From Nocardioides sp. (GTDB lineage: Bacteria; Actinomycetota; Actinomycetes; Propionibacteriales; Nocardioidaceae), in NCBI GenBank assembly GCA_046590395.1, contig JBKJUE010000047.1, forward strand, positions 2,899 to 66,898: DNA of 64,000 nt. The letters run 5' to 3'. Under the pieces are notes generated by a model. The model saw only the letters and a program-made list of their open reading frames with translations. It searched no databases and was not told the origin of the DNA. Below are positions 30,957 through 41,086 of this stretch, one piece after another. Each line of letters opens with the position of its first letter. The stretch's first letter is position 1. Made by a program: the position numbers and the translations under genes.

Positions 30957-31066
30957 CCAATGCTCCTTCCGGCTACGCGTTGGGGCTCATTGTGCGGGAG
31001 ACTGGCCCCGGGACCCGGGTCGGGCCTCACAGACTTTCCTTTCTCGCGACAATGGTGGAGGACGAC

Positions 31067-31564
31067 GTGCTCGAGTTCGACGTACTGGTGGAGATCCCCA
31101 AGGGTGAGCGCAACAAGTACGAAGTCGACCACGAGACCGGCCGGATCCGCCTCGACCGCATGCTGTTCACGTCGACCGCCTACCCCGCCGACTACGGGTA
31201 CATCGAGAACACGCTCGGCCAGGACGGCGACCCGCTCGATGCCCTCGTCATCCTCCAGTCCCCCACGTTCCCCGGCTGCCTGATCGCCTGCCGCGCGATC
31301 GGCATGTTCCGGATGACCGACGAGGCCGGCGGCGACGACAAGGTCCTGTGCGTCCCGACGCACGACCCGCGCCTCGAGCACCTGCGCGACATCAACCACG
31401 TCTCCAAGTTCGACCGGCTCGAGATCCAGCACTTCTTCGAGGTCTACAAGGACCTCGAGCCCGGCAAGTCCGTCGAGGGCGCCGAGTGGGTCGGGCGGGT
31501 CGAGGCCGAGCGTGAGGTCAAGGCGTCGTTCGAGCGCGCCAAGGACAACCCCTCCGCGCACTGA
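31067..31564 (+). CDS. ppa: Inorganic pyrophosphatase
   Basis: [32 protein letters not shown]; GGAGGA RBS before GTG. Confidence 0.96.
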   Translation: MLEFDVLVEIPKGERNKYEVDHETGRIRLDRMLFTSTAYPADYGYIENTLGQDGDPLDALVILQSPTFPGCLIACRAIGMFRMTDEAGGDDKVLCVPTHDPRLEHLRDINHVSKFDRLEIQHFFEVYKDLEPGKSVEGAEWVGRVEAEREVKASFERAKDNPSAH

Positions 31565-31566
31565 CT

Positions 31567-31940
31567 TCTAGTCGTTGCATCTCGTGAGATTCTGACACCT
31601 GAACGGGCGCTCATGCCGATGAGCGGGCTGGCCGCACAGCGGGTGCTGCTACCACGCCTGCCGAGTATGGTTCGGGCGTGACAGACGTAGCGCAGCGGCG
31701 CTTGCGAGACTCGTGGGGACTCATCGGCGTCATCGTGCTCGCAGTGTTCTTTGTGGCGAGCGCCGTCTACCGGGTAGCGCAACAGGACTGGGCCAGTGCC
31801 GTGACGCAAGCCGCATTTGGCGCGATTCTTATCGGCGTCTTGGTCTATTCACGGACCCGCTCCCGCTGACGGCTCCGCACTCTCAAGCCGCGATCCGGGC
31901 GGCACGGTGTCAGCAACCTGTTGAGACAGAACCGTCTAGT
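31567..31940. mobile_element. Degenerate non-autonomous IS481-like element (MITE-like) with passenger ORF
   Basis: Imperfect inverted repeats 31574-31599 / 31906-31932 (19 of 27 aligned positions match) and TCTAGT direct repeats at 31567-31572 and 31935-31940. The interior looks AT-richer than its flanks. Confidence 0.5.
31678..31869 (+). CDS. Small two-TM hypothetical protein
   Basis: 63 aa with two hydrophobic helices; atypical codon usage. Confidence 0.5.
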   Translation: MTDVAQRRLRDSWGLIGVIVLAVFFVASAVYRVAQQDWASAVTQAAFGAILIGVLVYSRTRSR

Positions 31941-32613
31941 CCGGCCGGACGCCCCGGAAGTAGCCGATCGCGCCGCTCGTCCGCAGGGTGACCTGCGTGA
32001 GGCCCTCCTCGCCGAGCCACTGCTCGAGTTCGGCCCCGGTGCAGCTGGGGCCGACCAGGTGGGCGCGCCTGCCGGCGAGGCGCGCAGGCTCGTAGCGCAG
32101 TCCGGTGTCGTTGAGCAGCGCACTCCCGGTGAGGACGCCGCCCGGCTTCAGCACCCGGGCCATCTCCGTCACGGCACGGTGCGGGTCGGGGAAGCAGTGC
32201 AGGCCGGTGAAGGAAACCACCAGGTCGAAGTCCCCGTCCGGGAACGGCAGGTCCTCCACGTCGGCCAGCCGAGGCTCCACCTGAGGGGCGACCCCGCGCT
32301 CAAGCGCCGAGTGCACGGTCCGGTCGAGCATCGTCTGCGCGATGTCGGCGGCGACGTAGGTGACACCCTGCCCGGGCTGGAGCCCGCGCAGCGCCACCCC
32401 ACCGCCACAGGGAACGTCGAGGATCCGGGCGCCGGTCGGCTGCCGGCCGATCTCGGCGGCGGCCCCGTACAGCAGGCGCAGGTCACTGCCCAGCCCGATG
32501 CGCCAGAGGGCGCCGCCGGGCAGCGGGTGCTCGACCGTCCAGTCGTAGAACGAGGCCCAGAGCGGGTCCTCGCTCCACCCGCCGAACGCCCGTCCGACGC
32601 GCACCCGACGCAC
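31936..32613 (-). CDS. Class I SAM-dependent methyltransferase
   Basis: ILDVPCGGG, ADVEDLPFPDGDFDLV, RVLKPGG; start approximate. Confidence 0.85.
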   Translation of the reverse strand: MRRVRVGRAFGGWSEDPLWASFYDWTVEHPLPGGALWRIGLGSDLRLLYGAAAEIGRQPTGARILDVPCGGGVALRGLQPGQGVTYVAADIAQTMLDRTVHSALERGVAPQVEPRLADVEDLPFPDGDFDLVVSFTGLHCFPDPHRAVTEMARVLKPGGVLTGSALLNDTGLRYEPARLAGRRAHLVGPSCTGAELEQWLGEEGLTQVTLRTSGAIGYFRGVRPD

Positions 32614-32615
32614 GG

Positions 32616-34586
32616 TCAACCGATCAGCTCGGGCGAACGCAGCATCTCCGGGGGTACGCCGAACGCGTCGACCAGGTCGACCGCCAGCGGTCGGAGCTTG
32701 CGGCAGAGCCCGTTGATCTCCCGGCTGATCGCCTTGGACCGCTGGCTGGAGAGCCGGCCGTGCTCCATGAACCAGGCCCGGTCCGCCTCGATGGTGGTCA
32801 GGGCGTGCAGGTCGCAGAGAAGGTTGAGCGCGACCTTCATGTCGCCGTCCGGCAGGGCCCGGGTCTTCTCGATGAACGCCTCGAGGACGATCCGCTCGAC
32901 GTGGGCACGAGCCGCACCGATGACGTGGTCCTGGACCCGCGAGAACACCGCGCCCGGGTTCATCTTGTTGTCCATGCCGCGCTTGAGCCGGCGGGCGACG
33001 CCGCCGAGCATGTGCTCCTCGCGGAACTCCAGCATCATCAGCTGGTAGTTGGGGTCGAGCAGTCCGGCCTCCTGGTCCCACTCGTCGCCGCCCGGCAGCA
33101 GGTCACGGACCCGCTCGACCAGCTTGTGCACGCTGGTCCGCTCGAGCACCGTCTCGACAGCGAGGCCGGCGACGAAGCGCACCATCCCGAACTGGTCGAG
33201 GTCGGAGAAGTCGCTGGCGTAGTCGGTGAGCAGGCCCTTCGCCACCAGCTGGAGCAGGACGTGGTTGTCGCCCTCGAAGGTGGTGAACACGTCGGTGTCG
33301 GCCTTGAGGGCGTCGAACCGGTTCTCGGAGAGGTAGCCCGCACCGCCGCAGGCCTCGCGGCACTCCTGGATGGTCGTGGTCGCGTGCCAGGTGCCGACCA
33401 CCTTGGTGCCTGCCGCGCGGGACTCCAGCTCGCGCCGGGTGTGCTCGTCGTCGGCGAACCCGGAGAACACGTCGTGCAGCTGGCCGGCCACGACCTCCTG
33501 GGCGAAGTGCAGCGCATAGGTCCGGGCGATCAGCGGGAACAGCCGGCGCTGGTGCATGCCGTAGTCGAGCAGCAGCTCCTCCTGGTCCTCCGACGTGGCG
33601 TTGAACTGGCGGCGGCGGACGGCGTACTTCGTCGCGATGGTGAGCGCAACCTTGGCGGCATTGATGCCGGCACCGCCGACACAGACCCGGCCCTGGACGA
33701 GGGTGCCGAGCATGGTGAAGAACCGCTTGTTGGGGTTCTCGATCGCGGACTCGTAGCGGCCGTCCGGCGTGACGTCGGCGAACCGGTTGAGCATCGCCGA
33801 ACGCGGGACCCGGACGTGGTCGAACCAGATCCGGCCGTTGTCGACACCGTTGAGGCCGAGCTTGCGGCCGCAGTCCTCGATCCGGACACCGGGGAGCACC
33901 TTGCTGCCCTTGCGGATCGGCACGAGGAAAGCGTGAACGCCCTGCGACTCACCGTCGATCTCGAGCTGCGCGAAGACCGCCGCCATCTCGGCGTGCCGAC
34001 CGGCGTTGCCGATGTAGTCCTTGCGGGACAGGTCGTCCGGCGTGGTGATGACGAACTCCTCCGTCTCCACGTCGTACGTCGCCACGGTGCCGAGCGCCTG
34101 CACGTTGGAGCCGTGGCCGGTCTCGGTCATGGCGAAGCAGCCCATCAGCTTCCCGGTCACCAGGTCGGCGATGTGGGCGTCGTGGTGGGCCTTGGTGCCG
34201 AGCTGGAGGATCGCGCCGCCGAACAGCCCGAACTGGACGCCCACCTTGACCAGCACCGACAGGTCACCGAAGGCGAGGGTCTCGAACGCGGCGACGGAGG
34301 CACCGATGTCGCCGCCACCCCCGTGCTCCGTGGGGAAACCCATCCCGGTCTGCCCGGTCGCGGCCATCGAGACGACCAGGTCGCGGACCCGATCGCGGAA
34401 GTCGTCGGTCGACATCGTCTCGGCGTCCTCGAGGATGCCGGATGCCTCGGCGAGGTTCTCGCGAACCAGCTGTCGGATCTCGGCGTACTTGCCGTCGAGC
34501 AGGGTGGTGAGGGCGGGGACGTCGATGGAGGGCTGGGCATGTGCCTCGGCGCCCTCGGACGCGGGCGACAGTGTGTCGGTGGCCAT
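32616..34586 (-). CDS. Acyl-CoA oxidase / dehydrogenase
   Basis: GCFAMTETGHGSN, KLGLNGVDNG, CREACGGAGY, TFEGDNHVL. Confidence 0.92.
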   Translation of the reverse strand: MATDTLSPASEGAEAHAQPSIDVPALTTLLDGKYAEIRQLVRENLAEASGILEDAETMSTDDFRDRVRDLVVSMAATGQTGMGFPTEHGGGGDIGASVAAFETLAFGDLSVLVKVGVQFGLFGGAILQLGTKAHHDAHIADLVTGKLMGCFAMTETGHGSNVQALGTVATYDVETEEFVITTPDDLSRKDYIGNAGRHAEMAAVFAQLEIDGESQGVHAFLVPIRKGSKVLPGVRIEDCGRKLGLNGVDNGRIWFDHVRVPRSAMLNRFADVTPDGRYESAIENPNKRFFTMLGTLVQGRVCVGGAGINAAKVALTIATKYAVRRRQFNATSEDQEELLLDYGMHQRRLFPLIARTYALHFAQEVVAGQLHDVFSGFADDEHTRRELESRAAGTKVVGTWHATTTIQECREACGGAGYLSENRFDALKADTDVFTTFEGDNHVLLQLVAKGLLTDYASDFSDLDQFGMVRFVAGLAVETVLERTSVHKLVERVRDLLPGGDEWDQEAGLLDPNYQLMMLEFREEHMLGGVARRLKRGMDNKMNPGAVFSRVQDHVIGAARAHVERIVLEAFIEKTRALPDGDMKVALNLLCDLHALTTIEADRAWFMEHGRLSSQRSKAISREINGLCRKLRPLAVDLVDAFGVPPEMLRSPELIG

Positions 34587-34642
34587 GGCGAGAACCTACT
34601 CCCGCCAGGCCCCGGTGGGGACGGCCGATTCCCGAGGTCTGG

Positions 34643-35944
34643 TCAGGGTCGGGCGTAGAAGTTCGGCGGGATCCAGTAGTACATGGACTCCTCGGTCACG
34701 TCCCGGCCGGTCCGCGGGGCGTGGATGATCTGGCCGCCGCCGACGTACATGGCCATGTGGTAGATCGAGGACGGTGAGCTCGACGAGCCCCAGAACACCA
34801 GGTCTCCGGGCCGCAGCGCGCCGGCCGAGATCGGCACGGAGACTTCGTACTGCGCCACGGAGTAGTGCGGCAGGCTCTTGCCGCCGGCCTCCCAGGCCCC
34901 CATCGTCAGACCCGAGCAGTCCCAGGCGGACGGGCCCGCGGCACCCCAGCGGTAGGGCTCACCGATCTGGGCGCGGGCGAACGCGATCGCCGCGGAGGCA
35001 CCGGCGGCCGGTGCGGGGGTCGGGGTGGGCTGCGGTGTGGGCGGGGGCTGCGGCGTCGGGGTGGGAGTCGGCTGCGGGGCCGGCGTGGGCTCCTGCTCTT
35101 GTTCCTGCTGTTCCTGCTGTTCCTGCGCAGCCTGCTCCTCGGCCGCCTGCGCGGCGGCGGCCTGGGAGGCCTCTTGCGCAGCGGCCTCGGCGGCCGCCTC
35201 GGCTGCGGCCGCCTCGAGGGCGGACTGGCGACGCTCGGCCAGCTTGCGGCTGATGTCCTGCAGCCGGGCGAGCTCGGAGATCAGGGCGTCCTTCTCGTGC
35301 GCGACGGCCGCGGCCTCGCTGGCGGCCGCGTCGGCGGCGACCCGGGCGGCGTCGCGGGCCCCCCGCGCCTCGACCTGGGCCTGCTGGGCAGTGGCACGGG
35401 CGTCCATGGCCTGCTGGGTCGCGACGTCGGCGAGCGTCGACGCGGCCCGGAACTCGTCGTACTGGCCGTCGAGCGCCTCCTCGGCACCCTGCAGCGTGGT
35501 GGTCCGCTCGACCACGGTCTCGATCCCGTCGGACTTCAGGATCGCGGCGACGCCGTTCAGGGTCGGCGCGAGCTGGTACGACGTGACGAGGGCGTCGGCG
35601 TACGTGTCCTGCTGGCGCTCGACGTCGGCGACGGCGATCGCGGAGCGCTCCTCCGCCTCCATCGCGACGTCGCGGGCCTGGGCGAGCCGGAAGCGGGCGC
35701 CGTTCCAGGCCTCGGCGGCCTGGGCTGCCCGCACCGACGACAGCTGGAGCCGTTGGTTGGCGAGCACGAGGTCGGCCTGGACGCTGGCGACGTCGCTGGC
35801 CTGGTCGCGGGCGGCGACCTGGGCCTCCCGGACGTCTCGCTGCGACGGCACCGCCGAGTCGTCGGCCGCTGCGCTGCCGGCGACGAGGGTCAGGGCGATC
35901 GCGGCAACCAGGCCGACTGCGCGCACGGGGGCTCCTCGGGTCAT
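34643..35944 (-). CDS. Secreted NlpC/P60 peptidoglycan endopeptidase (RipA-like)
   Basis: Signal peptide, coiled coil, Pro/Thr/Gln linker, PYRWG..WDCSGL, PGDLVF, HMAMY, IHAP. Confidence 0.92.
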   Translation of the reverse strand: MTRGAPVRAVGLVAAIALTLVAGSAAADDSAVPSQRDVREAQVAARDQASDVASVQADLVLANQRLQLSSVRAAQAAEAWNGARFRLAQARDVAMEAEERSAIAVADVERQQDTYADALVTSYQLAPTLNGVAAILKSDGIETVVERTTTLQGAEEALDGQYDEFRAASTLADVATQQAMDARATAQQAQVEARGARDAARVAADAAASEAAAVAHEKDALISELARLQDISRKLAERRQSALEAAAAEAAAEAAAQEASQAAAAQAAEEQAAQEQQEQQEQEQEPTPAPQPTPTPTPQPPPTPQPTPTPAPAAGASAAIAFARAQIGEPYRWGAAGPSAWDCSGLTMGAWEAGGKSLPHYSVAQYEVSVPISAGALRPGDLVFWGSSSSPSSIYHMAMYVGGGQIIHAPRTGRDVTEESMYYWIPPNFYARP

Positions 35945-36091
35945 GTGACGTGCCCCGAGCTGGACGTTCACTCGAGGCACTTGGAGCACGCTAGTGCTCA
36001 CCAGTCACAAAAGAAACACCTTCCCCAACTTTTTCTCGATCCACCGGCGTGTCGACTTGACGAACTACAGTGTTGTAATTCTCGAAACTGA

Positions 36092-36155
36092 GATAGTCCG
36101 CCACGAAAAGCATCACCCCGAACGGTCGGGGTGATGCTTTTCGTGACGGACTATC
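36092..36155. terminator. Long hairpin / intrinsic terminator downstream of the PAP2 gene
   Basis: 30-bp arms with one mismatch (GATAGTCCGcCACGAAAAGCATCACCCCGA / TCGGGGTGATGCTTTTCGTGaCGGACTATC) and a 4-nt loop. Confidence 0.8.
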
Positions 36156-37212
36156 GGGAGGGTTCGGGGTCCGGTTCGACGGGGACCGCGGAGGTGGTGG
36201 TCGTGGGGTGCGAGGCGAGCCCGTGTCTCTCGAACTTCTGCCCGCTCGCCAGTCCCCCGACGTAGAACGCGATCAGCGCGATCACGATGCCGGCGATGTC
36301 GTCGGCGACGTAGTGCCAGCCGAAGTAGAGCGTCGCCACGATGGTGATGCCGAAGTTGACCCAGAAGATCCAGTGCAGCAGCCGGGAGCGCAGGGTGTAC
36401 TGCACCATCAGCGCGACCAGGAGCGTGATCGCCGTGTGCAGGCTGGCGAAGCCGGCCGTCGACTGGACCGCCCCCTCGACCCCTTGATGGATCACACCGG
36501 CGCGCGCATAGAACAGCGACTCCATCAGGTCAGCGGTCGGGGTCTGGGCCAGGTCCTGGTAGAGCCACGAGTACTCGAAACCGGGGCCGAGGGTCGGCAG
36601 CGCGTAGTACGACGCGGTGCCGAGGGTCCAGGCGATGCACTGCGAGGTGGCGAACCAGTAGCCGAAGGAGATGTTGCGCGACCAGATCAGCCAGCCGGTC
36701 AGGGCCAGCGGGACCAGCGGCAGGAACCAGAGGTAGATGGCCGACAGCACGTACGCGGAGACGTTGGTACCGAGCAGGGAGTGGAGCACGTTGCCGGGCT
36801 CGCTGCCCAGGAACAGGGCCTTGTCGATGAGGTGCAGCTCGCGGTCGTACTTCGTCTCGCCCATGACGAAGGGCAAGTAGGACTTGAGGTTCCGGTAGCT
36901 GACGTAGGTGATGTAGAAGCACACCAGGCCCATCACCACGAGGGTCATCCGCTCGCGGGTCCAGTGCGTCCGCACCCGCTCCCGGACGATGGCCGACATC
37001 TTGCGCGCGCTCATGCCCGAGCCCCACAGCACCCGGGGCAGCATGTCGAGGAGGAACGCCCCGAGCAGCAGCAGCGGGAGTCGCACCCACGCCGGGCCGA
37101 GGAAGCCCTCGGGGTCGGCCAGCCGCTTGTCGAGGACGAGTGCGGCGATCACCGCCAGCGCGCCCATGGCACACGCCGTCCCGACCAGAAGGACGTAGGC
37201 ACGGCGATACAC
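36151..37212 (-). CDS. PAP2 / inositol-phosphorylceramide-synthase-like membrane protein
   Basis: Multi-TM; LPTLGP, FASLH, YFGWHYVADD. Confidence 0.8.
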   Translation of the reverse strand: MYRRAYVLLVGTACAMGALAVIAALVLDKRLADPEGFLGPAWVRLPLLLLGAFLLDMLPRVLWGSGMSARKMSAIVRERVRTHWTRERMTLVVMGLVCFYITYVSYRNLKSYLPFVMGETKYDRELHLIDKALFLGSEPGNVLHSLLGTNVSAYVLSAIYLWFLPLVPLALTGWLIWSRNISFGYWFATSQCIAWTLGTASYYALPTLGPGFEYSWLYQDLAQTPTADLMESLFYARAGVIHQGVEGAVQSTAGFASLHTAITLLVALMVQYTLRSRLLHWIFWVNFGITIVATLYFGWHYVADDIAGIVIALIAFYVGGLASGQKFERHGLASHPTTTTSAVPVEPDPEPSR

Positions 37213-37222
37213 GCGGCTCAGT

Positions 37223-38227
37223 CTAGGAGGGCGCTGGGCGGCTCCGCCTCCGGATAGTCGCCAGGCGGGTGGGATCGACCGACAAGGTGACCCTCTCGCC
37301 CGCGGCGGGGTGCACGTCGAGGGGAGCCACGGCGTCGACGCGACCCAGCAGGTCGGTCTCCACGACGAGCCGGACCTGCTCGGGGGTGATCCGCGAGGAG
37401 AGCACGGTCCCGTCGATCGGACCGCCCTCGGTGACGGTGAGGGCAGACCGCCGCAGCGCCACCGCCGGTACGCCGGGGAGCCCGGCCGCCACAGTCAGGT
37501 GCGCCGCCGCCTCACCCTCGAACACCTTGGCGTAACCGAGGAACAGCGCGGTCGCCGCGTCAACGGGGTTGCGCCACACCTCGTCGATCGGGCCTTCCTG
37601 GACGAGGTGCCCGTCCTGCATGACGGCCAGCCGGTCGGCCACGGTGAACGCCTCCTCGTGGTCGTGGGTGACCATGAGGGCAGTGGTCCCGGCCGCGCGC
37701 AGGATCCCGCGCAGGTCACCCGCGAGACGTTCGCGGAGCCCGGCGTCGAGTGCGGACAGCGGCTCGTCCAGGAGCAGCAGCCGGGGCTCCACCGCCAGCG
37801 ACCGGGCCAGCGCCACCCGTTGCCGCTCACCACCGGACAGGGTGCCGGGCAGGCGGTCGGCGTACCCCTCGAGGCCGACCAGTGCGAGCAGCTCGTCGAC
37901 CCGGCCGGGGATGCCGCCGGCGCGTCGCAGCCGCAGGGCGTAGGCGACGTTGCGGGCGACGGTGAGGTGGGTGAAGAGCTGGCCGTCCTGGAACATCAGG
38001 GCGAAGCCGCGCTTGTGCGTCGGGACCCGGGCCAGGTCCTGGTCGTCCCAGTGGATGCTGCCGGCTGTGAGCGGCTCCAGGCCGGCGACCGCCCGCAACA
38101 GCGTCGACTTGCCGCAGCCCGACGGCCCGAGCACTGCCAGCACCCCACCGTCGGGCAGGTCGAGCGAGACCCCGCGGACGGCGGGGGTGCCGTCGTAGGA
38201 GACGGAGACGTCGCGGAGGCGGAGCAT
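37223..38227 (-). CDS. thiQ: Thiamine ABC transporter ATP-binding protein
   Basis: GPSGCGKS, LSGGERQR, LLLDEP; third gene of the TPP-riboswitch operon. Confidence 0.8.
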   Translation of the reverse strand: MLRLRDVSVSYDGTPAVRGVSLDLPDGGVLAVLGPSGCGKSTLLRAVAGLEPLTAGSIHWDDQDLARVPTHKRGFALMFQDGQLFTHLTVARNVAYALRLRRAGGIPGRVDELLALVGLEGYADRLPGTLSGGERQRVALARSLAVEPRLLLLDEPLSALDAGLRERLAGDLRGILRAAGTTALMVTHDHEEAFTVADRLAVMQDGHLVQEGPIDEVWRNPVDAATALFLGYAKVFEGEAAAHLTVAAGLPGVPAVALRRSALTVTEGGPIDGTVLSSRITPEQVRLVVETDLLGRVDAVAPLDVHPAAGERVTLSVDPTRLATIRRRSRPAPS

Positions 38228-38228
38228 G

Positions 38229-39866
38229 TCAGAAGGCTCCCAGAGAGGGGACGCGGAGCCGCTCGACCGCGAGCACCACGAGGGCGGTGGTGGCGGCGAG
38301 GACCACGGACGCCGCGAGCGCCATGCCGTAGTTGCCCTCGCCCGGGTGGCCGAGGAGCCGGAAGATGACGACCGGCAGGGTCGGTTGCTCGTCACGGGCC
38401 AGGAACGCGGTCGCCCCGAACTCCCCCAGCGACACGGCGAAAGCGAAGCCGCTCGCGGCGAGCAACGGCTTCCAGACGACTGGCAGGTCGACGGTGAGCA
38501 GGGTGCGGAACGGTGAGGCCCCCAGCGACGCGGCTGCCTGTCGCTGGCGGTCGTCGATCCCGGCGAGCACAGGGATGATCGTCCGCACGACGAGCGGCAG
38601 CGCCACCAGTGCCTGCGCGATCGGCACCAGCAGGGCCGAGTCCCGCAGGTCGAGAATCCCCCGATCCAGGCTGATCAGGAACCCGAAGCCGAGGGTGACG
38701 GCGGAGACCCCCAGCGGGAGCATGAAGAGTCCGTCGAGCGCCCCCCGCACCCGACGCTCTGCGCGCGAGCGGGAGCGCCGGGTGACGACGAGCGCGACCA
38801 TGAGCCCCATGGCCAGTGCCATCCAGGTCGCGTCGACGGCGGTGCGCAATGACATCAGCAGGGCATCGGTCACCGGCACGAGCAGGGCCTGCTGCTCACC
38901 GGTGGTGGACAGCGCCCGGTAGTGGTCGAGGCTCCAGGCGTCCCCCACCTGCAGGGACCCGGTGACGAGGGCGGCGACGGGGAGGGCCACGAACACCAGC
39001 ACCACCGCGGTGACCGCCAGCGCCGGCAGGTCGCCACGGCCGGGCCGGCGCGGCCGGGCCGCGACCCGGGCGATGCCCGGATCCGTCACCGCGCGCAGCC
39101 GCTGGGCGAGACCGAGCAGCACGACCACCCCGAGCAGCTGCAGCACCGACAACGCGGCCGCGGCCTGCAGGTCGAAGACACTGGTGGTGAGCAGGTAGAT
39201 CTCCGTCTCGATCGTCGCGTTGCGGACGCCACCCAGGGTCAGCACGATGCCGAACGCCGTCGCACAGAAGAGGAAGACCACGCTGGCCGCCGAGACGATC
39301 GCCGGGCGCAGCGCCGGGAGGGTGACGGTCCGCAGCACCTGCCACGGCGTCGCGCCGAGCGTCGCCGCTGCCTGCGCCGGCCGCGGGTCGAGCGACTCCC
39401 AGGATGTCCCCACGGCCCGGATCACGACCGCGACGTTGAAGAAGACCAGACCGGCGACGACGGCGAGACCGGTCTGGTCGAGACCGAGGAAGCCGAGCGG
39501 TCCGGACTCACCCAGGAGCTGGCGGAAGGCCACCCCGACCACGATCGTGGGCAGCACGAACGGCACCAGCAGGGCCGCGCGGACCACCCGTCGCCCCGGG
39601 AGGTCGAGACGGTGCAGCGCGTACGCCGCGGGCAGACCGAGCAGGACGGAGATCGTCGTACCTGCCGCGGAGGACCAGAGCGTGAACCACAGCACCCGGT
39701 GCACCCGCTCGCGGGCCAGCACGTCGAGCACCCCGCCCGGGTCGAACGTGCCGTCCACCCAGAAGCCGCGCGCCACCATGCTGCTGACCGGCAGCACGAA
39801 GAAGACGCCCAGGACCAACGCCGGTACAAGCGCCAGCGCGGCCAGGGTGAGCAGGCGGCGGGTCAT
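38229..39866 (-). CDS. thiP: Thiamine ABC transporter permease
   Basis: Duplicated permease with two EAA-like loops and SLGEFGAT. Confidence 0.82.
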   Translation of the reverse strand: MTRRLLTLAALALVPALVLGVFFVLPVSSMVARGFWVDGTFDPGGVLDVLARERVHRVLWFTLWSSAAGTTISVLLGLPAAYALHRLDLPGRRVVRAALLVPFVLPTIVVGVAFRQLLGESGPLGFLGLDQTGLAVVAGLVFFNVAVVIRAVGTSWESLDPRPAQAAATLGATPWQVLRTVTLPALRPAIVSAASVVFLFCATAFGIVLTLGGVRNATIETEIYLLTTSVFDLQAAAALSVLQLLGVVVLLGLAQRLRAVTDPGIARVAARPRRPGRGDLPALAVTAVVLVFVALPVAALVTGSLQVGDAWSLDHYRALSTTGEQQALLVPVTDALLMSLRTAVDATWMALAMGLMVALVVTRRSRSRAERRVRGALDGLFMLPLGVSAVTLGFGFLISLDRGILDLRDSALLVPIAQALVALPLVVRTIIPVLAGIDDRQRQAAASLGASPFRTLLTVDLPVVWKPLLAASGFAFAVSLGEFGATAFLARDEQPTLPVVIFRLLGHPGEGNYGMALAASVVLAATTALVVLAVERLRVPSLGAF

Positions 39867-39870
39867 CGGG

Positions 39871-40932
39871 TCAGCGGGTGGTGACGTCCCGCCACTCCTC
39901 CAGCCAGGCCTCGCGGTTGGCGGCGATCTCGGCCGGGTCGAGCTCGTACGGCGCGGACGGCTGCTCGGCGTAGCGCGCCCACTCCTCGGGGAGCTCGACG
40001 GAGTCGACGACCGGGAAGACGTACATGCTCTCGGGCAGGGCGGCCTGCACGGCGTCGGACAGCAGGAACTCCACCAGTGCCTGGCCGCCCTCGGGGTTGT
40101 CCGCGCCGGTCAGGACGCCGGCGTACTCGACCTGGCGGAAGCAGGTGTCGAGCAGCGCGGCCGTGGTCGACTCGTCGGCGCCCTTCGGGACCGTGAATGC
40201 CGGCGAGGAGTCGTAGGACAGCACGATCGGACGGCCGTCCTTGGCACCGCCCTGCGTGAACTCGCCGTAGTAGGCGTCGCTCCAGCCGTCGACGACCAGG
40301 GTGTCGTTGGCCATCAGGCGTTCCCAGTACGCCGGCCACTCGTCGCCGTACTCGGCCACGGTGCTGAGCAGGAAGGCCATGCCGGGTGAGCTGGACAGGG
40401 CGGAGGCGGTGACGAAGAGGCCCTCGTAGGCGGGGTCGGTGAGGTCCTCGAGGGTGGCCGGGGGCTCGAGGTCCCGCTCGGCGAACCACTCGGTGTCGAC
40501 GTTGACGCAGACGCTCGCGTTGTCGACCGGCACCAGGCGCCCGTCGTCGCCCGGGAGCGCGTACTGCTCGACACCGGCCGGCAGCTCGACGTCCGACGCG
40601 GCGAACACGCCCTCGTCGAGCGCGCGGCTGGCGAAGGTGTTGTCGACGCCGTAGGCCACGTCACCGGTGGGGTTGTCGGCCGTGAGGACGAGCTTGGTGA
40701 TGAGTGCCCCGGCGTCGCCCGCGGGCCGGACCTCGAGGTCGTAGCCGGACTCCTCCTCGAAGGCGCGGCGCAGCTTCTTGGACAGCGCGAAGGACTCGTG
40801 GGTGACCAGGACGACGGTGCCGCCGGCCTCCTGCTGGTCCTGCCCCTCGGGGTCACCGGCGGTGAGGCTGCAGCCGGCCAGGCCGGTCAGGGCCGTGGTG
40901 AGCGCAAGCGCGAATGCAAGGTTGGGCTTCAT
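39871..40932 (-). CDS. thiB: Thiamine ABC transporter substrate-binding lipoprotein
   Basis: Lipobox LAGC, THESF, GVDNT, SSPG.AF, SYDSSP, CFRQVEYAG; TPP riboswitch upstream. Confidence 0.9.
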   Translation of the reverse strand: MKPNLAFALALTTALTGLAGCSLTAGDPEGQDQQEAGGTVVLVTHESFALSKKLRRAFEEESGYDLEVRPAGDAGALITKLVLTADNPTGDVAYGVDNTFASRALDEGVFAASDVELPAGVEQYALPGDDGRLVPVDNASVCVNVDTEWFAERDLEPPATLEDLTDPAYEGLFVTASALSSSPGMAFLLSTVAEYGDEWPAYWERLMANDTLVVDGWSDAYYGEFTQGGAKDGRPIVLSYDSSPAFTVPKGADESTTAALLDTCFRQVEYAGVLTGADNPEGGQALVEFLLSDAVQAALPESMYVFPVVDSVELPEEWARYAEQPSAPYELDPAEIAANREAWLEEWRDVTTR

Positions 40933-40933
40933 C

Positions 40934-41022
40934 GGACTCCCTATCGCCGGTTCTAACCGGATCAGGTTCGGAGGGTCTGCGGTTGGATCCGCACTCTCAG
41001 CACGTGGGCGTGCTCCCCTGTC
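40934..41022 (-). ncRNA. TPP riboswitch
   Basis: - strand reads GGGGAGC...GCTGAGAG...AGACCCTCCGAACCTGATCCGGTTAGAACCGGCGATAGGGAG, ending at the thiB RBS. Confidence 0.95.
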
Positions 41023-41086
41023 TTCTGCCGACGAATCTACTCCCTGCCCTCGCCGAGGGAGCCCCGGGTCCTCCCGGGCGGACCCG

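Noticed and set aside
35010-35215. Low-complexity tandem repeats
   Set aside because: They encode the Ala/Gln/Glu and Pro-Thr linker of the NlpC/P60 protein.
35945-36091. c-di-AMP (ydaO) riboswitch or MtrA box upstream of NlpC/P60
   Set aside because: The conserved riboswitch motifs are not visible, and a lone GTCACA is too weak to call.
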